From positions 4,596-68,595 of IMG/VR virus record IMGVR_UViG_3300025168_000072: a stretch of DNA of 64,000 nt; one strand, written 5' to 3'. The position numbers and the translations under genes were made by a program. Source of the stretch: a virus. Below are positions 48,071 through 57,823 of the stretch, piece by piece (the stretch's first letter is position 1; the number at the start of each line of letters is the position of its first letter). The notes beneath the pieces were generated by a model. That model searched no databases and was not told the origin of the DNA. It worked only from the letters and a program-made list of their open reading frames with translations.

Positions 48071-48102
48071 ATGTTCAGCACTTTTGATTTGTCTTTTAAG
48101 TG

Positions 48103-48591
48103 TTAGCCAAGTCTCCATATTTGTTTAGATTCGTTGCGTATATTTTTGTATGTTTCTTTTGTCATAATATCTCTTACATCAGGAAACCATTTAACTTCTG
48201 TATAACCTAATCTTGATACTACCTTTGCTAAGTGTGGTAATGTAGAATCCTCAATCGGATTAAGAATTGTAATTTTAGGTATGTCTTTCAACCATAAAGA
48301 ATTATTTCTTTGGTTTAGCAGGTAAGAATGTAAACCATGCCCTCGCCAATATTTGCGTATGTATGTGTTGCCAACCAATACAAATTTTTGTTTACCTTTT
48401 TCTTTTATCGTTAAAGAACCTGTATGACCTGCGGCTTGCCCGTTAATCATAAGAACCCAATAAACCATATTGTCAAACAATTTAGGATAGCCTTTTTCCG
48501 ATGCGAGAGGTAATTGTCTACCCCATAATTCGCAAAGGTCTTCGTGCATCAATACAAGGTTTGTAGAAATAGAATCAACAAACAATGCCAT
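48103..48591 (-). CDS. GNAT-family acetyltransferase
   Basis: NTYIRKYWRGHGL acetyl-CoA motif A; C-terminal RLGY. Confidence 0.7.
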   Translation of the reverse strand: MALFVDSISTNLVLMHEDLCELWGRQLPLASEKGYPKLFDNMVYWVLMINGQAAGHTGSLTIKEKGKQKFVLVGNTYIRKYWRGHGLHSYLLNQRNNSLWLKDIPKITILNPIEDSTLPHLAKVVSRLGYTEVKWFPDVRDIMTKETYKNIRNESKQIWRLG

Positions 48592-48595
48592 TTAC

Positions 48596-49018
48596 TCATT
48601 CCTCTTGGGTTTGAATGGCGGCAATATTTTCTTTGTATTTTTCAACAATATGTGCGTGTTCTTGAGCCGATTTGAGCATTACTTGTTGATGCGACATAGA
48701 AGACTTTTCCATGTCAATAATATGTTGCTTTCGCATTGCATCTCGAACTCTTTCGTGTTCCATTTCAACACCCATGTTGTCAATCTCGATTGTTTGTTCG
48801 GATTCCCACATACGAAGAACTGTTCCAAGTGCCGGAACAGCCACACCACTAATAATTGCTAAAAGTGCAATGAATCCCTCAATCTCTACTAAGACAACAT
48901 CGGGCTTCATTATACCCATACCGACTATTGAACCTGCGGCAAGAAGCCATAGGTAGATTGTTGGTAATACTGTTCTCTTAACCATTCGGTCGTTAAATGT
49001 GTCGGTTTTTTTATTCAT
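48596..49018 (-). CDS. Two-TM membrane protein with coiled-coil tail (holin-like candidate)
   Basis: Two hydrophobic helices followed by a charged helix. Confidence 0.6.
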   Translation of the reverse strand: MNKKTDTFNDRMVKRTVLPTIYLWLLAAGSIVGMGIMKPDVVLVEIEGFIALLAIISGVAVPALGTVLRMWESEQTIEIDNMGVEMEHERVRDAMRKQHIIDMEKSSMSHQQVMLKSAQEHAHIVEKYKENIAAIQTQEE

Positions 49019-50391
49019 TCGGATTCCTCCTTTTTGCCTTCTTGTTGGTTTGTTCGTGGTAATTCACCAAGATTTGTTTTAGGTTGAGAGTCTTGTCGGG
49101 ATGCCCCGTCTTTTGTCGCAGGTAATCCCACGATGTCAAGTGATTCATTAAGTGTTAGTATACCTGATTGATAACCCATAACTGCTCGCTTCATCATATC
49201 CATTGGGGATTCTTCGGCAACAGGGGCAAAGTCAAAGTCCGGCAAGTCCGACATCTTATGTTCAATACCAAGTAATTCAAGGTGTTTTGAAAATAGTTTC
49301 ATAACTTCTTGTTTTACAACATACTGCAAACGACGAATCGCTGTGTTAGCCCACATATTTGCGTTGTATGTAGCGGCAAAGGTTGAACCCTTTTCTTGCC
49401 CTGCGGCTACACGGGGAACATGCAAAACTGCGGCGATATTTGCCCCGACCATATCAAGGAAAGCGGAGTTATCAGGAACGGTGTTATTGAGGTCTACATG
49501 GTGCAATTCTACATAGGATGGTAGAATAGGCATTTGGTCGCCTCGAAGCCCTTCAAAGAGTGTTATAACATCATCCATGATGGTGTTTAGGCGTTCTACT
49601 TGTTCGTCGGGGTCTTGGATGTGTTCGATAGCCGATTTGTCAATAGTAATAAATTGCTTTGTCAAAGCATCTTCAAGAGCAATACGATTATTCATACTGT
49701 TATACTTTGCTCGGATGGCTTGTTTGAGGGAGGTAAAACGGGATGCGCCCCACACACCGTATGTCTTGCGTAGTTTGATGTCGTCAAACCAATTAGAACG
49801 GTAATCTATGCGAAAGTGCATTACTTCGGCTTTAGGGAATATCATAGGGTCAAGCCCTTGTTCTCTTAGGATGTAGTAATCGTTTGACATAATCGGGTTG
49901 TTTTCGTTAGCGGTAAACGGCATACCAGAAGCACCTCTTTTGTCTACAATACTAATTTGTTTTATGGGTAAACTTTGCACATCAGTAATACCGACACCTG
50001 CTCTACCTACTAATTTGTTAATGTCATTACCGTATACCATAAGGTTACGCATAGCGTTAATCAAAAAGTCATCAAAGTCAAAAGACTCAATCATCATGTC
50101 TATTGCATTACGGATAGTGCCATTCTTTGCTTTCTTCATGTCAATGGTGTATGCGTTTGCTGTCAATGCGACTGAACGAACAGCACCGTTTAGTTCAGGG
50201 TCAAGTTTTACCATGCTATCAAACAAATCAAACTCATTGTCAAAATTAGTATCGGCTTGAAATTTGTCAGTTTCTTCAAATATGTTTGGTAAACCTGCGG
50301 CAACACTTAAAGAAACATTTGAACCTACTCTTTGAATTGGTTGTTGTTTTGCGACAACCGGCTTAGAACGGAAACGGTCAAAAATGCCCAT
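49015..50391 (-). CDS. Portal protein
   Basis: MGIFDRF, LMVYGN, EVMHFR...YGVWGAS, IAAVLHVP and GILTLNE motifs. Confidence 0.88.
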   Translation of the reverse strand: MGIFDRFRSKPVVAKQQPIQRVGSNVSLSVAAGLPNIFEETDKFQADTNFDNEFDLFDSMVKLDPELNGAVRSVALTANAYTIDMKKAKNGTIRNAIDMMIESFDFDDFLINAMRNLMVYGNDINKLVGRAGVGITDVQSLPIKQISIVDKRGASGMPFTANENNPIMSNDYYILREQGLDPMIFPKAEVMHFRIDYRSNWFDDIKLRKTYGVWGASRFTSLKQAIRAKYNSMNNRIALEDALTKQFITIDKSAIEHIQDPDEQVERLNTIMDDVITLFEGLRGDQMPILPSYVELHHVDLNNTVPDNSAFLDMVGANIAAVLHVPRVAAGQEKGSTFAATYNANMWANTAIRRLQYVVKQEVMKLFSKHLELLGIEHKMSDLPDFDFAPVAEESPMDMMKRAVMGYQSGILTLNESLDIVGLPATKDGASRQDSQPKTNLGELPRTNQQEGKKEESE

Positions 50392-50417
50392 ATTTTACGG
50401 GTATATCGGGTGGTTTA

Positions 50418-50549
50418 TCAATTATTGCCCCGTTTTTTTACTTTTTTTACAATTCCTCTACCGACAAAGAGCCAAAAGATAACTTCAAGCACAAGTAAAA
50501 CGAATGCAATTGGCCCGGAGTAATGATAGTCGAAGGCCATATCCGACAT
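50418..50549 (-). CDS. Single-TM microprotein, 43 aa
   Basis: GGAGG RBS; MSDMAFDYHYSGPIAFVLLVLEVIFWLFVGRGIVKKVKK. Confidence 0.5.
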   Translation of the reverse strand: MSDMAFDYHYSGPIAFVLLVLEVIFWLFVGRGIVKKVKKRGNN

Positions 50550-50639
50550 TCCTCCTGTATCATATTTAGTGATAGGCATGTTTGACTCTTAAGTATTAGT
50601 GATTCTTGATTATTTCTATTGTGTGTGTTATTACAAAAA

Positions 50640-50815
50640 AAATAAAACGACGCACTGAATACTATTAGTGTTAATTCTTTTTTTGTTTCAAAGACAATTA
50701 AGAAAAGTAGTTATTACAATAAGCAAATAGGCAAAGTTGGCCCGTTCTTTACCTATGAAACAATAAAAGAATTATGTAAAAACGCAACACTGTGTCTAAT
50801 TTAATTCTTTTTACA
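50640..50815. repeat. AT-rich palindromic element, copy 2 (inverted relative to copy 1)
   Basis: Arms 50678-50694 and 50752-50768 with a 57-bp spacer; TTAAGAAAAGTAGTTATTA (50698-50716) is the exact reverse complement of 2562-2580. Confidence 0.85.
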
Positions 50816-50872
50816 TAAGAGTAAACAATAAAAAAATAAAACCTTATAAGGGGAGGGGATAAGCAAGATTTA

Positions 50873-52309
50873 ATGCGCGCTCCACCTAACTACGGACACG
50901 ACTTAATCCTTGAATTTTTTGACTCCGAAAAAAGCGTTATGGATAATGCACGAATGTTGCATGACATGGATAACAAAAAATCTGTTAAAGGTTGGGAAAT
51001 GAGTATTGTTAAAATGAAAAGTGCAGGTAAATTAGTAATTGAGCCAAAAGTAAAAGACACATCAAATACTTTTGCCGAAAAGGTTCCTGAGTCATACTTT
51101 TACGACCAAGTAAATGATGAATACTTTACATTTCTTTCGACTGCCAACACCATGATTAAAGTTGAAGGTGATAGGCATAGAGCCATGAAAACCGCGTATA
51201 GTAATATGGTTGGTAAACCGGCATCCATCAACGAAGTATGTCGAGAGTTTGGCATACCGCGAGCATGGTTTGATGAGTATAGGCGGCGACATGGATGGAC
51301 TCACGACATGGATATTTACACTGATGAACAAATCATGGAGTCAAGTGTAGAACAATTAGTTGAAGACTTAGTTCTTAAGCGACGACATCAATTACATAAA
51401 AAGTTTGAGCGTAAAAAGTGGAAAGAAATAGAAGAAGATGCCGACAAGTATCGTATGTTTGAAACAAATGTTCTTGCCGATTTTAAGAATCTCATACAAG
51501 AAAAGGCAACAAGTGTCTCTCAATTGGCATTACCTGTAAGCAACGACCCATTCTCTCTTGTTATTAGTCCGACTGACTTTCATTGGGGCAAATACGGATG
51601 GGTTGATGAAGTCGGTGAAACCTATAACTTTGACGAAGCCAAAAAACGCCTTATGGGTAAAACCCAAGAATTGATTACTCGACTTTACAGTAAACCTGAA
51701 CAAATTATTATTTCTACCGGTAGCGATTGGTTCCATGTTGATAACGATGCGGGAACTACAACAAAGGGAACACCTCAAGACATGATAGGTTCCCCTGCCG
51801 AAATACTAATGACCGGTTGTAAGTTGGCGCGTGAACACATAGATTTGCTTAGGCAGGTTGCACCGGTCAAAGTAGTGTTTATGCCGGGTAACCACGATAG
51901 AATGTCGGCTATTGCTTTGATGATGTATTTGTCGGCAGTATACGAAGACTGCGAAGACTGCGAAGTTGTTGTATCTCCTTCAACCCGACAATATGTTGAG
52001 TATGGCAATAACCTTATTGGTTTTATTCATGGCGACGGTGCTAAAAACCTTGAAGAGTTAATGTCGTGCGAACAACGCGAGTTATGGGGCAAGTGCCAAC
52101 ACCATACTTGGTTTCACGGACATTTGCATCACCGTAAGGTTTTGGAAAGCAAAGGGTGTATGATTATACAATTACCATCCTTAGCCGGACATGACCGATA
52201 CCATGCTCGACAAGGTTATACTACTTCTCAGGCCGGATTAGCCGCACACATTATTGACAAAGAAAAAGGAATTATAGGTTCTATGTTTGCCCCCGTTGGT
52301 GAGCATTGA
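50873..52309 (+). CDS. Calcineurin-like metallophosphoesterase with N-terminal HTH/coiled region
   Basis: DFHWG, GSDWFH, GNHD, HGD and GHLH motifs. Confidence 0.88.
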   Translation: MRAPPNYGHDLILEFFDSEKSVMDNARMLHDMDNKKSVKGWEMSIVKMKSAGKLVIEPKVKDTSNTFAEKVPESYFYDQVNDEYFTFLSTANTMIKVEGDRHRAMKTAYSNMVGKPASINEVCREFGIPRAWFDEYRRRHGWTHDMDIYTDEQIMESSVEQLVEDLVLKRRHQLHKKFERKKWKEIEEDADKYRMFETNVLADFKNLIQEKATSVSQLALPVSNDPFSLVISPTDFHWGKYGWVDEVGETYNFDEAKKRLMGKTQELITRLYSKPEQIIISTGSDWFHVDNDAGTTTKGTPQDMIGSPAEILMTGCKLAREHIDLLRQVAPVKVVFMPGNHDRMSAIALMMYLSAVYEDCEDCEVVVSPSTRQYVEYGNNLIGFIHGDGAKNLEELMSCEQRELWGKCQHHTWFHGHLHHRKVLESKGCMIIQLPSLAGHDRYHARQGYTTSQAGLAAHIIDKEKGIIGSMFAPVGEH

Positions 52310-52452
52310 TGCCACATAAACCAATACCGAGAAAATTAAGGCGGTGTGCTATGTGTGGTTACGAATCCAAGATTTGTTATACAAGTCATAAAGTGTGGAG
52401 TTCTAAAGAAAAAAGAATGGTCTACTGTGGAATGATGAGGGTTGTAAGATGA
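52309..52452 (+). CDS. Zn-finger microprotein, 47 aa (paralog of 18072-18227)
   Basis: MPHKPIPRKLRRCAMCG...TSHKVW...YCGMMRV. Confidence 0.6.
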   Translation: MPHKPIPRKLRRCAMCGYESKICYTSHKVWSSKEKRMVYCGMMRVVR

Positions 52453-52577
52453 CTGAAATAAAACGAGAAGCGGTAGTGTGCGACTCATGCGGTTGGGCAA
52501 GTAAATATATGATGAGGGGAAAGGCTTTAACAAGAGTCTGTCCGTATTGTGGAATGCGCTCGCTTAGACCGCAGTAG
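52449..52577 (+). CDS. Zn-ribbon microprotein, 42 aa
   Basis: CDSCG...CPYCGMRSL. Confidence 0.55.
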   Translation: MTEIKREAVVCDSCGWASKYMMRGKALTRVCPYCGMRSLRPQ

Positions 52578-52646
52578 ATGATACTATGTATAACATAACA
52601 AAAACCGTATTTTGGCAAATTCCTATCGAAAATTATGTGATGTCCT

Positions 52647-54137
52647 ATGGCGAGTATAAAACAAGCATTAGCATTTGAAAGAGCAAGGCACGATGTTCAA
52701 TATTTTTATCGTTGGCTTGGTTATTCTTGGGGCGAACATATAGGTAAATGGATGGACTTATACACTGATAGGAAAGGTAGCCATGTTCACCGTGTATGTA
52801 TTATCGCGCCTCGTTCCCATAGTAAAAGCACAACTTTGGGTGTTAAGTTATTGCATCAATGCCTTTTTGAGAAGTATAACGGTAATCCTTTACAGGTTTG
52901 GTTATTTAGTGCAAGTCGCGATACTGCAATTCGCCGTTTGGCTGAAATTCGTAGTGATTTGACAAAGCACCCTGAATTATCTCGATACCTCGATACAAGA
53001 CGAGGTGGTAAAGTCGAGTTGTATTTTAACAACGGCGCAGTAATCCGTTGTTCTTCTGTGGGTTCCGCTATTCGTGGTGAGCATCCGGCTATTATTGCTC
53101 TTGACGATGTATTGCTTGACGCTAAAAAAGAGTTGAACAATGAACAGTTGCGCCATTGGTTGCGTAAGGTTGTTATGCCTATGCTTGACCCCGGCTCGTC
53201 AATTTACTGTGTTGGAACTCCAATGGCTATGACTGACCTTTACCACACTGAAATGTTGGATAATACCCAATGGAAAAGCGGAACATGGTCGGCATTCCCT
53301 AATTGGGATGAGCATAAACACGACCCCGACAAATTGGAGGCTCTTTGGCCGGAGTTTAGACCGGCTCAATTTTTGCTTGAACAGCGTGAGTCTATGGGTG
53401 CGTTGGAGTTTGCTCAAGAATTGCTTTGTCGAGTAATAGATGACGACTCGGCAGTATATCCCCGTAAGTATACCCGTAAAAATATGGACTTAGAACAAGT
53501 GCTTGATACAGAAAAGCGGGACAATTGCCGGTATGTTATTGGGTTTGACCCTTCGCAGGGATTAGGAAAAGACTACTCGGTGCTATGCGCTGTCCGACAA
53601 GAAAGTAATGGCGATTTAGTAGTGTCAAACATTTGGCGAAGGAACGACTTTCCCCCTGACAAACAGGCTGAAATGATTGGCGAATGGTGTAAGCGATACA
53701 GCGCACCTTTGGCGGCTGAAGATGTCGGATTTCAACGATTGTTTAAGTCGCTGTTAGAGGCTAAGGGTATCGGCGTAGATTATAGGGAAAGTAAAGTTAG
53801 CAACAAAGGTTTGAAACAGGCTTTGCTTAACAGGCTTAGGGTGTGGTTCGAGCGAGAAAAAATTGTCATCCCGTATGGCGACGACAAAACTCGACGCATT
53901 ATGAGCGAGTTGCTTGACGAATTAGAATCACACGCTTGGAAAAACGGCGAGATTGTTGATACAGGCCGACACAACGACTTGGTAATGGCATTGGCACACG
54001 CAGTAGACCAATTTTCAGGCGGAATGAAAGGTGCGAAAATGGTCTTTGGCAAATCGGGCAAAGGTGAATGGGCCGGTGGTAAGGCTAAAGCAAGAGCGCG
54101 TGGCAATCTTAAGGTCGTTAATCGACGCAGGTATTGA
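52647..54137 (+). CDS. terL: Terminase large subunit
   Basis: APRSHSKST (Walker A), IRGEHP..IALDD (Walker B), VGTP, GFDPS...DYS and HNDLVMALA (RNase H-like nuclease). Confidence 0.95.
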   Translation: MASIKQALAFERARHDVQYFYRWLGYSWGEHIGKWMDLYTDRKGSHVHRVCIIAPRSHSKSTTLGVKLLHQCLFEKYNGNPLQVWLFSASRDTAIRRLAEIRSDLTKHPELSRYLDTRRGGKVELYFNNGAVIRCSSVGSAIRGEHPAIIALDDVLLDAKKELNNEQLRHWLRKVVMPMLDPGSSIYCVGTPMAMTDLYHTEMLDNTQWKSGTWSAFPNWDEHKHDPDKLEALWPEFRPAQFLLEQRESMGALEFAQELLCRVIDDDSAVYPRKYTRKNMDLEQVLDTEKRDNCRYVIGFDPSQGLGKDYSVLCAVRQESNGDLVVSNIWRRNDFPPDKQAEMIGEWCKRYSAPLAAEDVGFQRLFKSLLEAKGIGVDYRESKVSNKGLKQALLNRLRVWFEREKIVIPYGDDKTRRIMSELLDELESHAWKNGEIVDTGRHNDLVMALAHAVDQFSGGMKGAKMVFGKSGKGEWAGGKAKARARGNLKVVNRRRY

Positions 54138-54530
54138 TACTTGTTTTTCATAATTTTTTGTAGTAAATTTTGCGGGAGGCTAAGCAATGGTAAATGTGCC
54201 TCTTTTTTTTACTTTTGGAGTAAAAAAAGAAAAAACCCCCCAAAACCCCCCCTAAATGGGCCTGAAATTTTCCGATGGTATCAATTGACCTATTGATACC
54301 TTGAAGGCTCACAGAGGCGTTTATATTGCTGTTTTTAGGGGTGTTTCGAGTTTGTCTATGTCGGCACTTTACAATTGACATGAAAAAGGCACCCGTCGGT
54401 TCATGTTTTGGATAAGTCAAATACGGGTGAACATTTGACTTTCTATCCTTTGTTTTCGATTCTTAGCACCTCGTTTTGGTATTGATTACAATAATTTAAT
54501 TCGATAAACAGGCTTTCAGTCAAGCGTTTT

Positions 54531-55814
54531 TCAGTCGTCTTCAGGTATCAAGTTCGGGTTGATTCTTTCACAGGCCAAGCCGAAAGTTACACCGTTGTAT
54601 GCAACATCGAAGCACACAGGCACGACTTTGGCGGGGACTTTGATGGAGTCGTTCCGTCGAATCATAACACCGTTTGAGCGAAGTGCTTTGATGGCTTCTT
54701 TCGCTGTATACACACCCATTTGGTAGCCAATAATTAAGCGAGCCGTTGCGACCGGTATCATGCAAGAGCGCATGTGGATTTGATGCCCGCCGTATGTCTT
54801 GAGTTCACCATCACTTTGAATTTGAGGCATTGAAATGGCATTCGCATGGCCCGAAAGTCTGTATTTTGGCATTGAGCATACAGTGCATGAGTTTGGCGAA
54901 TCGCCTCCCTTCTTTACTTGTCCGTTGCCCATCAAGTTGCCACATCCACCGTTCTTCTTAGAACATGACCATGACTTAGCGGAGACGGTCAAATCGCTCA
55001 AGGTGTCGGCATTGATTGAGAGGTGTGCATATCCAAGCACTTCATTGTCGGCGTTCTTCGTTGGGCCGTATGTATGAACCTTGATGCCATGCTGATAAAT
55101 TGAAGTGATAGGGTCATAGTGTCCCTCTTGTTCACTCAATCGCATTGAGGTGAAACCTTGACGGATTAACTCCGACGGGTTCAATTCAATGTATCGGACA
55201 AAGTCGTGAGCATCCATCAATTCAAACGCTTCAAGAGCGCGGTGTGAAGTGATGTCTTCAAGGGCGAGTGTATCACCAATTGTCGAAGCAACGGCACCCA
55301 TGTTTTCAATACCTGCTTTCTTCAAGCGAAGCAATTTATCGAAAGCCATGATACCCATAACAGCATCGCGAGCCTTCTTTGATGAATCAAGCACTTGCTT
55401 GAATCCGGTTCCGTTGGCATTCATTGAAACGCGTTCTTGATTTCGTCCGATGTATTCAACCACAGCAAGGCCGGCGTTCACCATTGCTTCGCTGTTGATG
55501 TCCTTTCGTCGAATGTTCGCAGTTCGGGCGTAAAGCATAGCGTCCTTGCACATTGGCGTCCCTTTGTATGCAAAGGTTTCGCGTTGCTTCTTGTTCAAGG
55601 TCTTTCGTGCCTTGGCGTCATTGACGGTCAAGGTTATTCGCTTGAACACTTCGTGGCGTAGCACATCCCCGAATCGCTTAAGCACCTCGTCGGAAAGGTC
55701 TATCATTGTCTCGTTTGAGGTTGCTTCAACAGCAACGACAACCGGTATTTTTTCGGTTTGTTCAATATCAACGACATTGAACACACCGTTTTTGGTATGG
55801 GTTTTTTCCTCCAT
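54531..55814 (-). CDS. Hypothetical protein with Zn ribbon, 427 aa
   Basis: GGAGG-preceded ATG (MEEKTH); CSKKNGGCG...CTVC. Confidence 0.75.
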   Translation of the reverse strand: MEEKTHTKNGVFNVVDIEQTEKIPVVVAVEATSNETMIDLSDEVLKRFGDVLRHEVFKRITLTVNDAKARKTLNKKQRETFAYKGTPMCKDAMLYARTANIRRKDINSEAMVNAGLAVVEYIGRNQERVSMNANGTGFKQVLDSSKKARDAVMGIMAFDKLLRLKKAGIENMGAVASTIGDTLALEDITSHRALEAFELMDAHDFVRYIELNPSELIRQGFTSMRLSEQEGHYDPITSIYQHGIKVHTYGPTKNADNEVLGYAHLSINADTLSDLTVSAKSWSCSKKNGGCGNLMGNGQVKKGGDSPNSCTVCSMPKYRLSGHANAISMPQIQSDGELKTYGGHQIHMRSCMIPVATARLIIGYQMGVYTAKEAIKALRSNGVMIRRNDSIKVPAKVVPVCFDVAYNGVTFGLACERINPNLIPEDD

Positions 55815-56105
55815 GTGTCTACGGTATCTATAACGCATATATCAACCGACCGACTAAAAAGGGCGTTTTTGGCGTTTTTAGGTTTGTTTTGGCCGGTTCC
55901 GTTGCGAATTTTCAGGTGTGGGTTGATGTGCGTTTTTTGGCTAATTTAGGGGGTTTTCTAAATCATGTTTCATGTTTGACCTGATTTTTAGGGCTAAACG
56001 CATGACTGCGAGGCATAACATGATTGAACATGATTCAACATGAATGATTCATGTTCGTATTTTTGGATTTTTTGAAATCGGTCGGCGCGCGGACCGGATT
56101 TTTTG

Positions 56106-56140
56106 AAACTTAGTGTATTTTCTACACTAAGTTTTTTTTT
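56106..56140. terminator. Perfect 12-bp hairpin followed by poly-T
   Basis: AAACTTAGTGTA-ttttc-TACACTAAGTTT then a T-run. Confidence 0.55.
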
Positions 56141-56426
56141 CACACTATCATAAATTAGTCGCGACTAATAAATCAAAACCCTGAAAAAAATTAGTCGTTA
56201 AAAAAGATTAGTCGAAAAAAAATTAGTCGATAAAAAAAGACCCAGAAAATTAGTCGCTAATAAATTAGTCGATAAAAAAATTAGTCGTAAATAAAATCAC
56301 CAAAAAAAAAAGCAAATAAATTAGTCGAAACCCAGAATTAGTCGTAATTTGGTTCCCGACCCCTCCGAAGGGGGGTCAGGAACGGCCTCGACATTAGTCG
56401 TATACTGTAAACGATTTTAGTCGTAT

Positions 56427-56846
56427 TCAAACGCTCTTGTAATTAAGAACTGCGTAGTCTTCAAAATATTCAGGGTGTGTTTTGCACATGCCCCATTCAG
56501 TAGCGTAAATTTTGAGCCTGTAAAGGTATTCAATGTCGCCGTGAATTGAGCAGGTGGGTTCATACGCACCACATTTCCAACCGTCGCTGATAGCACCCTT
56601 TAGAGTGCGTTTATTGCTGTATTCATAATGACCGGCTACAATTATCCAACCTGCGACCTGTGAGGGATTACTTCTCAAGTTGCCTTTGTTGATGCCTTGA
56701 AGGATAGGGTCAAGGGATGGGAGGACACTTGAAGGGTAGCCATCACAATGACGGTAGAAAATGAGGTCTTGACCCTCATCATGTAGCCACTCGCCAAACT
56801 GCGACCTTTCGATGTATTGAACAACGACGTTACAACGAGTAGACAT
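56427..56846 (-). CDS. Hypothetical phage early-type protein
   Basis: MSTRCNV...FYRHCDGYPS...GDIEYLY; GAGGTGG RBS. Confidence 0.75.
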   Translation of the reverse strand: MSTRCNVVVQYIERSQFGEWLHDEGQDLIFYRHCDGYPSSVLPSLDPILQGINKGNLRSNPSQVAGWIIVAGHYEYSNKRTLKGAISDGWKCGAYEPTCSIHGDIEYLYRLKIYATEWGMCKTHPEYFEDYAVLNYKSV

Positions 56847-57208
56847 CAAGCCACCTCTTGAACTGCGGAATAGTTGCACTTGAGGCACTCTCCCACAAGG
56901 TCGCCGTCGCCAAGTCTGTAAGCGCGTTGAGGATGGTGGCCGCAATTGAGTTTCGTCATTTCAGGGATGAGGAAATTGCACCACATCTTGTCTTCATCGC
57001 CTGTCGGTAGTGCTTCGGTATCAAGGGCTTCATACGCATCCTTGAGTGTTTGCATAATCTTCTCAAGTTCTTCATATCCTCTAATGGCTTCGGGGTAATC
57101 CCAAGTCATATAGTCATATACATCACAAATTGCTACCTCAAGGCATTGTCGGGTAACGGTGGATTCATCCACAATAGGGCCGTCTTCGGGGGTATGGTCG
57201 TTTGCCAT
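56846..57208 (-). CDS. Hypothetical protein with C-terminal Zn ribbon
   Basis: MANDHT start after a TTAGTCG promoter; CGH...CLKC. Confidence 0.7.
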   Translation of the reverse strand: MANDHTPEDGPIVDESTVTRQCLEVAICDVYDYMTWDYPEAIRGYEELEKIMQTLKDAYEALDTEALPTGDEDKMWCNFLIPEMTKLNCGHHPQRAYRLGDGDLVGECLKCNYSAVQEVA

Positions 57209-57230
57209 GTGTAATCCTATGTTGAACAGG

Positions 57231-57307
57231 TATATCAACACGGCTGAACGACTAATGAACGACTAATGCGATACGACTAATGAACGACTAATGCAAGGAA
57301 CGACTAA
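57231..57307 (-). promoter_or_regulatory. TTAGTCG-box promoter (five boxes)
   Basis: CGACTAA at 57249, 57260, 57274, 57285 and 57301; 10-bp spacer to TTGATATA. Confidence 0.75.
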
Positions 57308-57532
57308 TGCAAGCAACCCACTATTAGTCGCGACTAAGTTATCGCACCTGATTTTTTATTAGTCGGGGTTATTAGTCGTAAGTGTTTAGACCAAAAAAAA
57401 AATTAGTCGTAAAGAGATTAGTCGCTCTTAGTCGCTAAAAAAATTAGTCGTTAAAAAAGGCTTCACTTTCCGGCGAACCGGAAAGCAAAGCGGCATCGAC
57501 TTTTAGTCGTATACTGTAATTATTTTAGTTAA

Positions 57533-57748
57533 TTACTCTTCAACCAGAAACCAAGTTTTTTCCATTGTAATGTATTCTTGGTCGGTCGGGATGTTAATTC
57601 CGATGGCATCAACGGATAGGGTTTCGGTGTATTCAAACCATTTTGTTCCGCCGTTGCTTTTGTATTCTCCGCATGGGTATAAGTAGCCCAATTGCCGGAA
57701 CTCCGGCAAGGGGGTATCGTGCGTGTATATCATTATATCAGTGTTCAT
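57533..57748 (-). CDS. Hypothetical protein
   Basis: AGGAG RBS; has its own promoter and hairpin terminator. Confidence 0.7.
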   Translation of the reverse strand: MNTDIMIYTHDTPLPEFRQLGYLYPCGEYKSNGGTKWFEYTETLSVDAIGINIPTDQEYITMEKTWFLVEE

Positions 57749-57786
57749 TTTATGTCTCCTGTTCAATCTATCCTACGGGCCACACC

Positions 57787-57823
57787 TATTTATACCTACC
57801 GCTTCGACTAATATGACGACTAA
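57787..57823 (-). promoter_or_regulatory. TTAGTCG-box promoter
   Basis: Two boxes, 10-bp spacer, TATAAATA. Confidence 0.8.

Noticed and set aside
54140-54530. tRNA or structured ncRNA downstream of terL
   Set aside because: No cloverleaf or T-loop consensus was recognised, only homopolymer tracts and weak inverted repeats.
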